Source: Entomortierella parvispora E1425 (taxonomy: Eukaryota; Fungi; Mortierellomycota). Taken from it: a stretch of 64,000 nucleotides of DNA. How positions within the stretch are numbered: position 1 is the stretch's first letter; each line of letters starts with the position of its first letter. The translations under genes and the position numbers were made by a program. The stretch spans positions 1,860,001-1,924,000 of the forward strand of contig BQFW01000008.1 of assembly GCA_020891255.1 (NCBI GenBank), given 5' to 3'. Below, piece by piece: positions 1-13,499 of the stretch. A model generated the notes under the pieces. That model did no database searches. It saw nothing but the letters and a program-made list of their open reading frames with translations, and was not told the origin of the DNA.

Positions 1-357
1 CACCGTCGTCTTCATTGTAGCTCTCCTGCGCAAAAGAGTGAGAGTGATGGTGCCCCTCTGGACTTACGGAGGGACTGAGCTGGACCTGAGGCAACGTGTT
101 ATCGGACGAAAAGAGGGTACTGACAGTGGCAGGATGAGAAGAGCAAAGACATGCAAGAGAAGACGACATGACTCGTTGGTTGTCTGACTGGTCTCCACTG
201 CCCCTGAGCTCGCTATGGAGATCGAATGCGCAGGGTGCCAGAGAAGAACTGTTTACAGAGCAATGAGTGGACGAGGGATCGGTGGAGGAGTGTGGAGGAA
301 AAGTAAAAGATAATTCTGAATATGGTTGGCTGTCCTGCATGGATCGCGGAATCGCAT
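1..357 (-). CDS. Possible N-terminal or internal coding segment of a Ser-rich protein running off the window edge
   Basis: Minus-strand frame open from ATG at 357 to position 1 (MRFRDPCRTANH...SHSFAQESYNEDDG); no domain recognised; absent from the ORF track because there is no stop in the window. Confidence 0.3.
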
Positions 358-1404
358 TGTCAGGAGAACTATGTCGGGTTCCCAAGTCCACATCCACGAG
401 GGGAGAGTCCTCTAGCTGAGCTGTTGATGACAGGTTGGGGGTCCTGGTATTGATGGGGATGGCCTCCTTTAGAGCTTGTTGTGTCCCCGTCTTTCTGGTA
501 GGGTGATCCACTTCCACATTAGGTGGGGCCAGCTCGGAATCGCGCGCGCGAATGTTTTCTGTCTGATCGGAAGGTCGAGTCCTACCAACGTCCAGGACGG
601 CAACACCAGGGTGGTGGTTAAAGTGCCCAGAAATGGTGGCTCTCTCAGAGAATGTGCGTGTGTCAAACAAGGGAGAATCGCTATCGCCTGTGGCGATTGT
701 CCTTGCGGCGTCTTTTGGCTGCCTAGCGCTCATTTGCAATAGTAGAGAAAGGAAAAAAAAAATACGGAGAAAAAAATGTGAATGAGAAAGGGTATCTCAC
801 TTCTTATAAAACCCCATAGTCCAACGGTCAAGAAATAAAAAAAGCTGTCCGGTAGAATATCCGAGAGTTCCGTTCCCAGTCTGGCTTGATCTTGGACGCA
901 AGCAAGGACAGGATTGACCATGGTCGCAAACAGTAACAAAATGGAATGTGCGCTGCGGTCGCTTTTCCCTTCAAACTTCCTATTCATCTAAAACAGTAAG
1001 CGTTGGCGAAAGCGCTCGCAAATGGCAACAGCCTGGCGACCGATCGTCGGCAAGGAGCTGTACTTGAGAGATTTTTCTTTTGTACGACAACTGCATCATT
1101 GTTCTATTCCGCGAGTTGTTTCCATAGGTCATTCACATCCGTGGTAAAAAATAATGTAAAGAGGGGGTATGCTTTATTTATTGCAGACTGAACATGCTGA
1201 ATGTGGGGGGGGGGGGGAGGGGAATGAATATGCAAAAGGCGGATGCGCAGGATGTGTTGTCTTCTAGATGCAGGGTATATGGGGGGTTTGGATCTATGTA
1301 TATGCAATCGACGGGGAGAGTCGATTGCAGAAAACCGAGATACTCCAGAGAGATGGACTGAACCACCTCATTGGATGTTCCGACTTTTTTTTTGTGAGGA
1401 GTAT

Positions 1405-3246
1405 TTACGAGAGATGAACCACGGCTGTGGAAGGATCCTCGGGGGCCAAAGCTGCCTCTCTCTTGGTGCGCTTGTCAAGACGTCTGAAAAAGACCCAGGC
1501 GGAGATGCAGATTGCGCCCACAAGCAAGGTACCACCCGAGGTCATGATCACAGGCAGGTACGTGATGTTAGGCTTGGTCGCGTCCAAGATCATACCCGCA
1601 ACGGGAGCACCAGCCAACATGCCCACACCACTGGCCGCGTACATGAATCCGATAACGGTCGAGAGCTGCTGAGAACCAAAAGTCTCGGACAAGACCAAGG
1701 GAACCAGGGAAACGTAACCACCAGCAAAGAATCCATAAACAAGAGCAAAGAGGAGGTAGACACCGAACGACTTCGAAAGCGTCCAGATGATCAGGATCGA
1801 GCCTGCAGTCATCCAGGCACAGAAGCTGACAACCACCGTCTTTGGAAGGCGATCGGCGGCAAAGCCAAGCGCAATTCTACCAAGGCAAGATGCACCGCTG
1901 GAGAGACCAGCGATCAAGGCACCATTCGAAGCAGTGAGGCCGATGAAGATACTGTAAGCTGTAGACAAAAAAAAAAAAAAATAAGGATCTAGATGGCAAC
2001 ATGATGCAACAATGAGAACAGAGGTCTTTGTCCGCGAAACTTACTCTGGAAGTAGTACATGGGAATGAGGAATCCGATCGAGGCAGCGAGCTCAGCACAA
2101 GTCAAGGACAAGAACTGAGGATCCTTGAAGACCTTGAGGTCAGCAAAGAAGCCGGCGATGCCGGTGGGTTTAGCTGCCTTTTCTTCTTCAGAGGACAACT
2201 TCTCGGTGATCTGACCAATCTCAGCCTCAGAGAGGGTCTTTGGTGGCTCGGGCATCTTTTTGCCGCTTTCGCGCTCAACGATCAAGAAACTAGCGGTGCC
2301 ACTGAAGACATGAGAGTGCAATGGGGGAAGGATGATTAGTAAACTGCATCGTCAATGACGGATTGTGGGCGTAGTAACGGCATATCCAACGACAACTTAC
2401 CAGACAATGACACAGAAGAGGGCCAGGGCACGAAGGGTCCATTCAACACCAACACCGCTCATGAGGGCCTGGGTAGCTGGCGCAAGAGCCAGACCACCAA
2501 GACCAGTGCCGCTGACGGCCAGACCCAAGGCAAAGCCTCGCTTGGAGTCAAACCAATGTGAAGGAGCACCGATAGCGGGATAGTACACCAAAGAAGCACC
2601 GATACCAAAGAGAACACCCTGGGTCAGCATCAGCTGCCAGACCTGGCTTGCGAAGGAAGCCAGGATCAAGGCCAATGCCATGACAAAGGTACCCAGAAGG
2701 GCTGTAATTTTGTACCCGAATCTGTCAGCAGCTGCGCCACTGATGAAGCCTGCAAAGTAAGTAGAGCTCGAGCCCAAACTAGAGGTTGAAGAAACAAAGA
2801 ATGAAGGCATGTTGTTTAGTAGGCTTGTTTAATGTGACATATGAAGACAACTGCCTGGGTAGAACGAACGTTGGCACTTACGTTCCGATGAATGCAATGG
2901 TGCCGTGGCTCGCATCAGGGTAGAGCATCATGTAGTGGTTCTCGAACATGCCAAAGATGTACTCTGTTGGTGCGAAGCAGAAACAGTGGATCATGAAGCT
3001 TCCCAAGACCACCAGCCAGGCACGGAGACCGCCGTCAGGAGCACGGTCCGAGATGTCAACCAGGGTGGGACTCTGGCTCAACTCAATGAATGAAGGCGCT
3101 GAGGACTTTGCGTGTTTTTCAGGTGAGCATGATGCAGAGGAGGAAGTGGCAGGTGCAGTATTTCTGGTAGTGTAGGCAGAGTAAGGTGCAATCTCGCACG
3201 AGGTGCGAGGCGTCTCGTCAACGTCGCAGAAGGTCTTTGTGGTCAT
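1405..3246 (-). CDS. MFS transporter, monocarboxylate porter (MCT/Mch)-like, multi-exon
   Basis: ORF pieces 2878-3369, 2397-2810, 1989-2321, 1405-1968 carry PDGGLRAWLVVLGSF, AADRFG, SHWFDSKRGFALGLAVSGTGLGG, GRIALGFAADRL and many TM segments; GTAAGT donor at 2881; start taken as MTTKTF at 3246. Confidence 0.9.
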
Positions 3247-4442
3247 TGAATGGGAATGAGATTCTATGTGATACAGGGAAGGATCGCGTGTAACGGAGGC
3301 TGTACAAACAAAGCTGCGCAAGTTGCAGATCGGAATGCTGGCGATGGAGGAGGTGAAGACAAACAACAAAAAACTGCAGAGCAGGACTGAAAAGAGGGCA
3401 GAAGGGGCGGATTCTCGAGGACCTTTATATATCTTTTCAAGCTGTGTTCCACAGGCTTCGGTGCAGCGACAGACGGATGGCGACAGGGTTGGTCCGAGGC
3501 CCTTTCAATGAGGTGCTATTCTTTACAAATGTCTCGTCTTTGGTGTCGGTGTAGCAAGAATGACTCGACCCGTCGAAGAATTACGCCCGCGGGGTACCTC
3601 TGGGATCGAATTTCATGACAGCGCTGTGTCGGACAGCAAACAAAGCACCTTTTCTAATTTTTTCTTTCCGAATTTCAAGGCCAGCTCTCTCTTCGACCGA
3701 ACACTTCCCCTAAGTTCCTCGATCCTGTCCCAGGCCCTTTAACGATGGTTGCTCGATTAGGAAGGAGCTCAAACTGTCCCACGCTCTGTTCACAGCTTGC
3801 TGCCCCTTGTCTCTCTGGACACTCGCCAATGGCTGGAGCATGTTCAGCCTGCGGGATGCCAACTCTCTTTAAATATCCCCTTTTTTTGTGCATTTGCAGC
3901 CCAGCTTCTCGAGTGCACGGCACCGAAGACGCAAGACAGAAGGCGACACAGGTACAGGAGACTGACCATCAATGGGATCACTTGTCCCCAGGAGCACATC
4001 TTTTCCTTGCAATTCTGTTTGTCCACGGGGCCGACTCGAGAGCCACTTTTCCTAGACCAGATAAGAAGAAAGCAACTTCAGATAGCAGCTGAGTAGTTGC
4101 TCTATGCATCTATGTGCCAACGTGCACATTTCTACCTCTTCCTTTGCACCTTCCATTCTTGCAAATGTCCGCCCCTCCGTAATTGAACGACCGCAGCATG
4201 CACGTGCACACGTACATATACGTACAAATTGTCGTGACGTAACAACCAAGATCGTTAAGGGGTGCACAACTGCCTTTCCGCTGCATGCTGTCTCGAAGCA
4301 AAACGACGCGCATGGTGTGCATGGTGCACGGCCGGTTTGCATCTGCTTTTGTAATCCGATCCATTTTTCTTATCTCTCCAACGACCTCTCGCCCCTACTT
4401 TCACCTCACGCACATCCGCCGGACGATCCCCCATCCGATTGA

Positions 4443-7301
4443 ATGGACTTTGCAAAGGCAACCATCCCGAGCTCGACCACCACCATCCCCAACACAACGC
4501 GGCCTTCCATGACCGACACCTCTTCCGCCACACTCGCGCCGCGCCTGCTCCTTGCATGTCCATGTCTCAACGTCAAGCTACATCTTGCTGCTGAGCCTTC
4601 CGAGGAGCGGCAGGCCATCGCAGGAAAAGAGTTGCAGCTGGGACTTGCAGGCGTGTCTGTCGTAAGAAAAAAAATGCACCCTCTCCTTGCTTTGTCCGCT
4701 CGGACATTTTTATCCATCCCTTTTGCAGAGATCATGGTCGATCTGATCTAGTATCATGCCGTGACTTATTGGACCCCCTCCTTCTACCTTGTCGATTCTT
4801 ATTTAGGAACAAAAAATCCTCTGCTGTTTGGCGGTCGTGGACAAAGTGGCCACTGTGCGTTGCGGCAACTGCAGCAACGACGTGTTCTCGTTCAAGGCCA
4901 ACTCCAGCTCAGTCGATCTCGATTTCACCTCGCTAGCCTTCTTGGCCAATACCATCATGTTCTCGCCTTCAAATGGTCTCATCACACCCACTGAGGCAGT
5001 CGTGGGCGGCCAAGCGATCGAGAAAATTCTACAGGACCCTAATTACTCCCATGCGTTTCGTCTTGTGCTTGCCCCAACCCCTACCGTTCCAGGAGACGTC
5101 AAAGTTTCATCTACTACCACTCCTACTTTCTCCGACTCTAACCTTCCCGACACCTCGTCTTCAACGCATCGAAACGAATCGTTGTATCGGCCCCATTTGG
5201 AGCGCATTCGGACCGTCCTGGAACAGGAATTGGAGACCAATCTCAGAGCGCAGCAGCAAAGAGCAGAAGCTAGGATCGAGGCTTACAGGTCACAACAGCT
5301 CATTGCACTACAAACCTCAATAGAGACCACACGTCGGGAAAAAGATCGACTCTGGAGCAGAATCATGGATCGTGTCAACTCTCCAGCTGCAGAGCTGATG
5401 AATAGCGCTCTGGGAGAGTCTGGTCAAACCCTGTCATCCGGACTTCGTCCAGATGGAACGTTTGACACAAATGGGGCCCATCCTTTTGATGGCCAAGGCA
5501 CCTTGCCCATTCGCCTCACCAGCGCTTCTCGGATCGATGGTGCGCACAGTGCTTTCTTGGATCGAAGAAAATCGTCTGCGACTGAAGCAGCCATGTCATT
5601 GCAGTTCAGGGAGTTTGATCAGAGGATGGCTTCGAACAGCATGCGGAGGCAAAGTGTAGCGCCCATCTCACCCACCAATGCCGCTGCAGAGACCAATGCA
5701 AACACTGCGGCTAATGCAGTAACTGATCATCATGACTTGGATACGGCGAAGGAGCAGGAGGGATCTTCCTTGACCCCACTGGCTCAAAAATCAAAAAAGA
5801 AGGTCACCATTGCAGACTCTGCAACGGGGGTGTCTATTATTGAGCCTGAGAAGAGAGCGCAGCAGGATGAAGACAGTATGTTCAATTGCTATTCCCACGC
5901 GATCTTTAATATTTTTATAGCCAAAGCTTGCACCCACTAACCAAGTTGTCTTTGTTCACAGTCATAGAAGAAGAAGAGGACGAGCTAGAAATTGAGGATG
6001 ACGAAGGGGTGGTATTTGACCTGGATGAGGAGCTTGGGTTTGACGAGCAGGAGGCAGACGTCACTGCGGATGATGACGAAGGACCTGAGTCTGCTGACGA
6101 AGAGGAGTCATCCACCTACAATGGGCCTGCCAGCAATGGTAGTGCCGCAGTGAATATTGCAACCACTGGCCGATCCCTTCCAAAGTCAGGAGGTCCCATT
6201 GTAGGATCACTGAGAGCAAGCTACCTGCGTCGTCAGAGGGGACTGGAGCAACATCGGAAGTCTATTCAAGACGATGAGGACGAGGACGAATTTGGCTTGG
6301 ATGATAATGATGACGACCTTGGAGGATCCAACCCCCAGTCTTCAATTCAGTTCGGCACCTCTCTTCCTATCATGATCCAACGACGCTCCGCCAACCCAGC
6401 GCCTCCGCCCACCACAGCACGAGCAGCTGCTTTGGCGACTTCTCTTGCCATGCCACCAGGATCATCACCAGCGGCTGCAATGCTTCAGCGTCGTCTCTCC
6501 CGGGCATATGGCAGTGACATCGCGGAGGCGGTCCAAAATGGCAACAATGCCACTACATCCTCAGGGCTGAGCCGCTCCATTCATGCGAGCTCCTATCTCG
6601 AGCCCAACCCTTCGGCTGCCTCTGGAGGGGCTCTTCACCCAATTCCAGGCAGTGTGCCAGGAACATTGATCATCGACCCATTAATGTTGTTGGAAGAAGA
6701 GCACGATCGGGATGATCAAGAGGATCGACTTCGGAAACGTCAACAGCCCTTCTCCTCCATCAACCACAGACGAGATTGGGAAAAATCCCGACAGGAGCAT
6801 CATCCTCCATCAGACGTTTCGGCTTCTTTTGGGACTTCACTCAGTCAGGCTGTCACAGAAGATGGAATGTCGTTGACAGCCGCTATGACAGCATCGTCAA
6901 CAGCTCCCTTCTCAGGATCTATTCTCGCAGAAAATTTCGAGCCTCCCCATTTGTACTCTGCACGAACTTATGTAGGAGATACCCCTTGGGAGATGCCAAC
7001 CCGAATCACGGTGAAGTCTGGAGGCATGCAACGCGAAGGATCACATCTTGATCAACAGATTGCTCGCGAGATGGCTAAAGAGATGGAAAAGGATCGAAAG
7101 GAACAAGAGGCTGCTGCTGCGGCTCTCGCTCCACCGACCCCTGTCCAGAGGACAGTGGGCAAGATTCTTGAGGAGGAAGAGGAAGAAGAGGAGGAAGAGG
7201 AGGAGAAGGCAGAGATTAAAGAGACCAGTACCGATTCAGGGACGCATCCTTTTGATCATCCTGAACCAACGCCAGATACCAACGAAGGATCCATCGGATG
7301 A
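4443..7301 (+). CDS. Hypothetical protein with Cys-containing N-terminus (CPCLN...RCGNC), coiled coil and acidic low-complexity C-terminus
   Basis: Long consecutive ORFs 4443-4751, 4828-5940, 5928-7301 separated by GT-AG intron-like gaps; no confident family. Confidence 0.75.
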
Positions 7302-7415
7302 AAAAAATTTGAATGGCATCCACGCATTAAAAAAAACTGAAAAATTACTCTTCCCAGACTCTTTTTTTTTTGGTTGTTTTTATTTTAAACTTATTTTATT
7401 TTTTGTTTTTTTTCT

Positions 7416-10129
7416 TCAACGTTGCTTTTTTACGCTTTTGGAGGATGCAGTGATCAGGTCGTCTGATCTCCTCCTCTTGAAATCTTGGTCGCGATCTCGT
7501 TCCCGATCATGGCCATTGTGACTAGCGTTGGACGACTCTCGCTCCCGCTCCCGTTCACGTTCCCGCTCCTGCTTGCGTTCTGCCTTGCGTTCTCTGTCGC
7601 GATCTTTCCGCTCGGGATCACGCTCATGATCCTGTTCACGTTCCCACTGCCGTTCGCGCTCGCGTTCACGGTCATGGTCTGGTCGATCAGATTTAGACTG
7701 CTTTTGCTTCCGAGCAGGAGGAGCTGAATCGCTTTGGTCCCATTCACCATCGCCACCAGCGGCTAATTTTTGATCTTGACGTTGACGCTGCAATTGCTTG
7801 TCTCGTTTCCGTTGCTGTTGGTGGTCAGATGACACGTTCTCCAGATGTTCGTCCTTGACCTTGACGTCGTGACGCGCTGGGTGTGTCGAGTTTGGGTCTG
7901 AAGAAGTAGTGGAGGCAGAGGGGGAGGGGAGTGACTCTTCCTTTTTTGTGGTTTGGTCTTGAGAGAGGTGGTGCTGTTGATTCGTGTGAGGGGTTGCCTT
8001 GCTTGAGTGATGGTGACTGTGGCTGTTGTTGTTATTGCTATGGTGAGATCGCCGACTGTGTCGCTTCCGATGCTGCTTCTCCTCTGGTACATGGTCGCTC
8101 GGTAGTAAGGGTAGATAAAACATTTCTTCCTCCCCATCGTCACTATCCGAGTCGTTGAACGGGTTGATCTTTTCGATCGTGGTGACGTCGATGATCACGT
8201 CTTCATCTTCATGCTTCCGTTTAGAGGCCTCTTCTTCGGGAACCTGGAGAGAATTGAAGGGGGGTTTTTTTTGTTAGAAAATCAAGGAGTTGTATAACTG
8301 CAATAAACCAAAAAGCAAAAAAGAAGAGATGATCTCCATCTTACGATATCAAACTCGTCCTCGCGCTCTTCATAGTCAATGTTCTCTTCTAGTTCCTTGA
8401 AATCCGGTGCGAACGCACTCCAGTTCTCCTGCGAGTTGGTTGCCCAGATATGAATTGTCCCAAAGCTTGTTACCGACGCGACAATCGGTCGTATAGGGTG
8501 CCACTAAATTAAAATAAAAAAATAAAGAGATATTAGACTCAAATACTAGTGCATTTCAGATTTTGCCAACTTGGAGAATAATCTCCCCTTCTCTTACAGT
8601 CAAATCCTCCAGGGGTTCTTTGGGTCCTTCCAGAATCTTGACAAGGTTGCCTCCGATCCGATCCCAGATGTAAATGTTGTGCTCTGCTTGATGGGCTGAT
8701 CCGCCAATGACATAGTCCGCATCGCTGGAGAGACAACATTGGTTCCACTGAATTCGGTTGACAAGATCCTGGAATTTGTGTTGTTGCTCCGGGGGTCCGT
8801 CCTCTCTTGTTGCAAGAAGACGAATCACTCTATCATTCGAGTTGATAACAATTTCCCTAGAGTCCACCATAATTTGTAAAGAGTCAGTAAAGCCAATCTA
8901 TGAAGGGCGCGCCTGAATGCAACTAATATGCAATCACTCACCTTCCACGCCTGCTGAACTGTATACTTTTGATCGCGCTGGTTGTTGGCCGGGTCTCATA
9001 CAGTAGCTAAAGTAGAGAAAAAAGGGCGTGCATTTGGAAAGCGTCAATAAGTCAGACTCCACACATGTGGATCACCATGAGGCAACTCCTTAGACTGCAG
9101 CAACACCGAAAAATAACAAATATCTTTACAGTTCTTGATTCTGTGTCCACGATCCGCAGATGACCGCGATTCGTTCCTGCATAAATCTTTTTCCCTAGGC
9201 GATCAAAAGTGACGACCAAGGTTGTGGGTATCTGACCTCCTCGAGGGGTTGGTTCTGCCTTGTCCGGATTGTCCTCATTAGTTTCCTCCAAGATCGGGAA
9301 TCGTTTTATCCCGTCTGAGATGTCGATCAGCAAAGGTTTTTCCTGATGTAACGCCACTATGAAGATTGAGCTTTTGAGAAAAAGCAAAGACGAGTTAGCA
9401 AATCCCGCCAGATTTCAGATGGTCCTGAGATAAAGAATAAAGACGGCAGAAAGTTTCCTGGATCAATGCCGGTACCTGTTTTTAGGATGAAACTGTGCAT
9501 TTAATACCGAAGTATCAAATCTAACGGTATGTAGCTTTGTTCCTGTCAAGAGATCCCACACGATGCAGCTCCAGTCCTTTGACGCCGACAACAGGTATCG
9601 ACCATTGCGAGACCAACTGAAGAAAGAAGGGAGCAGAAGAACAGAGGTATTGTGTGTTAGTCTCAATATGAAGATATCAGGAACCAAGACTCTGTCCTAT
9701 AATAAAAGCAGATGAATGATTCACCTTAGACTTGTTATGGTCTTTACATGGCCGACCAGTGAGCGAGAGACACCACGGGTATCAAAGTCCCAGACGATGA
9801 TCGTTCCGTCAGAACATCCTGCAGCCAAGAGTGTGCCTCTGCGGTTGAACTTTACAGTCACGGCCTGGCCTTCCTCCAGGGTATCCTCGATGACCTCGGG
9901 AAAGTTCTGCTCGAACGGGTCTACAAACAACAGGAGTAATTTTTAGTTTTTAGTAATGAGCCGGATGGAAGAACGAGCTGAATCAGTCGTTCTTTTAAAC
10001 CAGTCGGCCAATAATACATCCTCGACCTCAGAGCCAATTACGTGGCCGAGACTGAAGTAGAGGTAGCAGGTGCGACATGGTCCTGTAGCAAAGAGATCAA
10101 GAGGGATTACCGAGCAATTGCAGGTTCAT
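7416..10129 (-). CDS. SWD1: COMPASS/Set1C WD40 subunit Swd1/RBBP5, multi-exon, with RE/RD-rich C-terminal tail
   Basis: Spliced start MNLQLL|DPFEQNFPEVIEDTL; FNRRGTLLAAGCSDGTIIVWDFDTRG, WSRNGRYLLSASKDW, KFQDLVNRIQW, NIYIWD, LVKILEGPKE; exon before 8198 with WSAFAPDFKELEENIDYEEREDEFD. Confidence 0.93.
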
Positions 10130-10544
10130 TGGGCCAGGTCCGAGTTATGGTGGCTAGGTGGGGATGAGGCTGTGCTGATTGGGTGGTGGTCGGTAGAGAT
10201 GGCGCTTTGTCTAGAGAGAGAGGCAGCCAAGAGACGGCAGGGGGAGGGGCGCGCGAGAGGGAGGAGAGGAAAGAAAGAACCTTAGCAGGAGCCAAAGGGA
10301 GGCAGGCAGCGATGCAAACAAAGCGTGTTGTTTGAGCAAAGAGTGAGATGAGGGACGAGGGGGGACAGAGGCAAAGAACCCTGGAAGTGGGAAATCGGTG
10401 GCGTACAGCAGTCACTCGTGTGTAAAGTCACGCGCCGCATGGTTCTTGCTGGTCCGTTTTACTGCAGCACTTCATGCCACCTTGACTTTCTTCTCTCACC
10501 GCATTGTCGTCCCCTCTTCTCAGCTCTCTTCTCACACCACTATT

Positions 10545-10620
10545 ACACACATACACACACACACACACATACATACATACACATACACACATACGCATAT
10601 ACACACACCACACATACACA
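10545..10620. repeat. Imperfect (CA)n microsatellite in the SWD1 / WD40 divergent intergenic region
   Basis: acacacatacacacacacacacacatacatac... seen directly. Confidence 0.9.
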
Positions 10621-10775
10621 TCTCTTCCAGGTCTATACTCACTCACTTACTCAACTCGCAATCTCTCTCGCCTGCACCTTCTGTCGCTCGCTCCTCTTTC
10701 CTCTCCACTCGCCTCTTGCTCCTTCCTCTCCTCAACACAGCCTCTTCTCTCACGTACACACCCACATCGGTCGCC

Positions 10776-13347
10776 ATGGATACAGACCAGGACCAGGACC
10801 AGGACCAGGACCACCTGGACTTCATCGGTGTCTCGCTCGAGGGAACTAACATTCCTGCCATAGGTAGCCCTTTGTTCTTTTGTCCTGTTGTCTTTGCTTT
10901 CTGCTTGCTCGCTCCTTTTTTTTTTTTTTTTTTTTTTTGTTCTTATCCCTTGTTCTTCTTGCTCGTTCTGACCGCCAAAGAAAACTTCTTCTGTAGACGA
11001 GATACTGGATGCCGTCTTTGAGAACCAGCCTCCATTTATTGGCATCGACGAAGTTGAACATCACTATTTCGCTGTAAGCATGCTCTTGGCATCTTCCTGA
11101 TATGCCATGCTTTTGGCCCTGCAGGTTGGTCTTGTTTTTTCGATTCATAAATCTTTGCTAATTCACTCTGTCTTTTTTTTTTTTTTTGGGTGCCCCCGCC
11201 CCCTTCTCTTTTCTCCCGGTCGCATTTATTATATTAGCCTTTCTTCAAGAGAAATATCTGCCCTCTCAATAACCTGATCATCTCTCGGCAAACTGTCGTC
11301 GAACAGGAAGCCGTCTCCAGTGGCTTCTGTGATCTGGTAAGGCGCTGTTCAGCTGCAGTTGCGGTTCTTTCTGCATCAATACCGCAGCATGAGAAAAGCC
11401 TAGGCCGAGGGCTCAAAGCACGAGTTTAATAACCAGTATGGCGTCTCTGTCTGTCATCAAATCACCTTTCTTATTTTCAATCTCTCATTACAGCAAGGCA
11501 TCTGTTGGCGCGAAGGAGAGCAAGGAAAGAAAGCTTACAGGAGATATCGGGACTCGTACGTGTTAGCAACCAGTGGTGGGAACGTTGACCGAGAGGTACA
11601 CCTGAAGCGGCATTCTGGACCTAACACGTTCATTTATGGATGGCCACGATAGTGTCACATCGTCAGTGCACATGCACTACAGCGGCCCTGTTATTATTGA
11701 AGAGGTAAAAAGAAAAGAAAACATGCACCGCGCCACCTCAACTGGACTAATGAAAAGCTCACGCGCATCGCTTTCCCATCACACTAGAATCGAGAGGCGC
11801 TGGATTACAAGGACAATGATTTTTACCGATTTCGATATACAGACACCAGCATCCACTGTAGCCATCGACACCCACAACTGCGAAATCTTGTCAGTGCAAC
11901 CAGCAAGAATGATATTTATTATCTCAGTAGGTGGACACGCTAAAGCACAATATGATTTTTTCGGATACAGCCAAAGTTTATGAGACTGAGCCCTAGACAA
12001 CGCGCTTTTTGCAAACCCCGCAATCTTTCCTGTTGGACTTTCTAGATCACAATTCCATCATGCATTGGTCACCACAACTACGGACAGCAAGGACCATTCT
12101 AGGAGATCCTTTGAAGAAGCCTTTCACAAGAGTCCCTAGTCAGATCACCACTTTGGCAGCACTGGACAACATGATCATGCTTGGAGGAATGGACGGAAAT
12201 TTCACTTTTATGAACCTTCAAACTTGTATGAATCCCATCCGGAGTTCAATTACAGATGTTGAAGTGAATGCGATTGAAATGTCGCTGTCACGGACAGGAG
12301 GTACGTGGAAGCAGTGTCTTTTTACACCTTATATATGTTATGATAAACTTGTAGCTTACCTATATTCTCTTTTATCACCAACACAAAGATCCGCACGCCT
12401 ATTTTTCGACAAACGACAGGGAGATTCGCTGTATGGACTTGCGAACCTTGGAACAAAAAGCGACGTTCCCGACAGGCTGGTTTGTCAATGTAAGAGATCA
12501 TTCAGGGGGTTTTTTTTCTTTTGTTTCTTTCTTTCTTTCTCTTGAAAACTGACAGTGTAATTCCCTCCCAAAATCTTAATGAACAATAGTACACATCACA
12601 GAGTCCGGATGGGCACATGATTGCGCTTGTAGGAGACGACCTTGACGGCGAGGTGATGAGCGTGAACTCTCGGGAAAAGATTGCAACTTTGACAGGACAT
12701 CAACGGTACTCTTTCTCGGTCGCCTGGTCTCCAGACTCGACTCATCTGGCCACAGGAAGTGATGACCGGTCGACTTGTATTTATGACACGCGGATGATGA
12801 ACAAACCTATACATATTCTGGGAGCCGACATTCGAGAGTCTGTCCGGTCCTTGCGTTATTCGAGCTGTGGTCGATACCTTGTCATGGCCGGTAAAGTTTT
12901 ACAAGGAAAACGACGAAATACACGACAACCCATAGGGAAGGAAGGAGGAAGTTAATTTTTGCTGACAAGTTGTTTTTTTTTTCATTTTGATTTGTTGGTT
13001 TCTTAGAAGAAAGCAATTACGTTCACATTGTGGATACGGCATCAGATTACACCAAGGCGCAAAAGATTGACTTTGTAGGCGACATATCTGGCATCAGTTT
13101 GACACCCGATGCAGAGAGTTTATTCATTGGCGTATCCTATGTCGATTTTTCGTAAGTGGCCGAGAAGGAAGGGACAGTCGACAGTCCTGTTTCCCGCAGC
13201 CTCTTGTCTCTTCAAAGTCGTAAACAAAAACATCTCTAATCACCTCTTTTTTCACTCATGATTAGCTCTATCCTGGAATTCGAAGTCGTTCATCAGCGAG
13301 GCGAGCTCATGAACATGGACGATCCCTGGGCCTCCATGTATTGTTAA
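10776..13347 (+). CDS. Uncharacterised WD40-repeat protein (DUF2415 / S. pombe C2A9.03-like), multi-exon
   Basis: LTGHQRYSFSVAWSPDSTHLATGSDDRSTCIYDTR, VRSLRYSSCGRYLVMA|EESNYVHIVD, DFVGDISGISLTPDAESLFIGV; last exon ends ...WASMYC* at 13347; several internal exon borders uncertain. Confidence 0.75.
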
Positions 13348-13499
13348 AAAAAACTCAAATTCTAGTCTTCTCTACACCCTCCTAATGAAGGTGCTAAAAA
13401 AAAAAATAATTCCCAGTTCACAACATTTCTCAGAGACAAAATGGTCGATCGTTTATATTTTCTACCATTTTTTCTAAGGCTGGTGGGGGGTTTTTTTTA

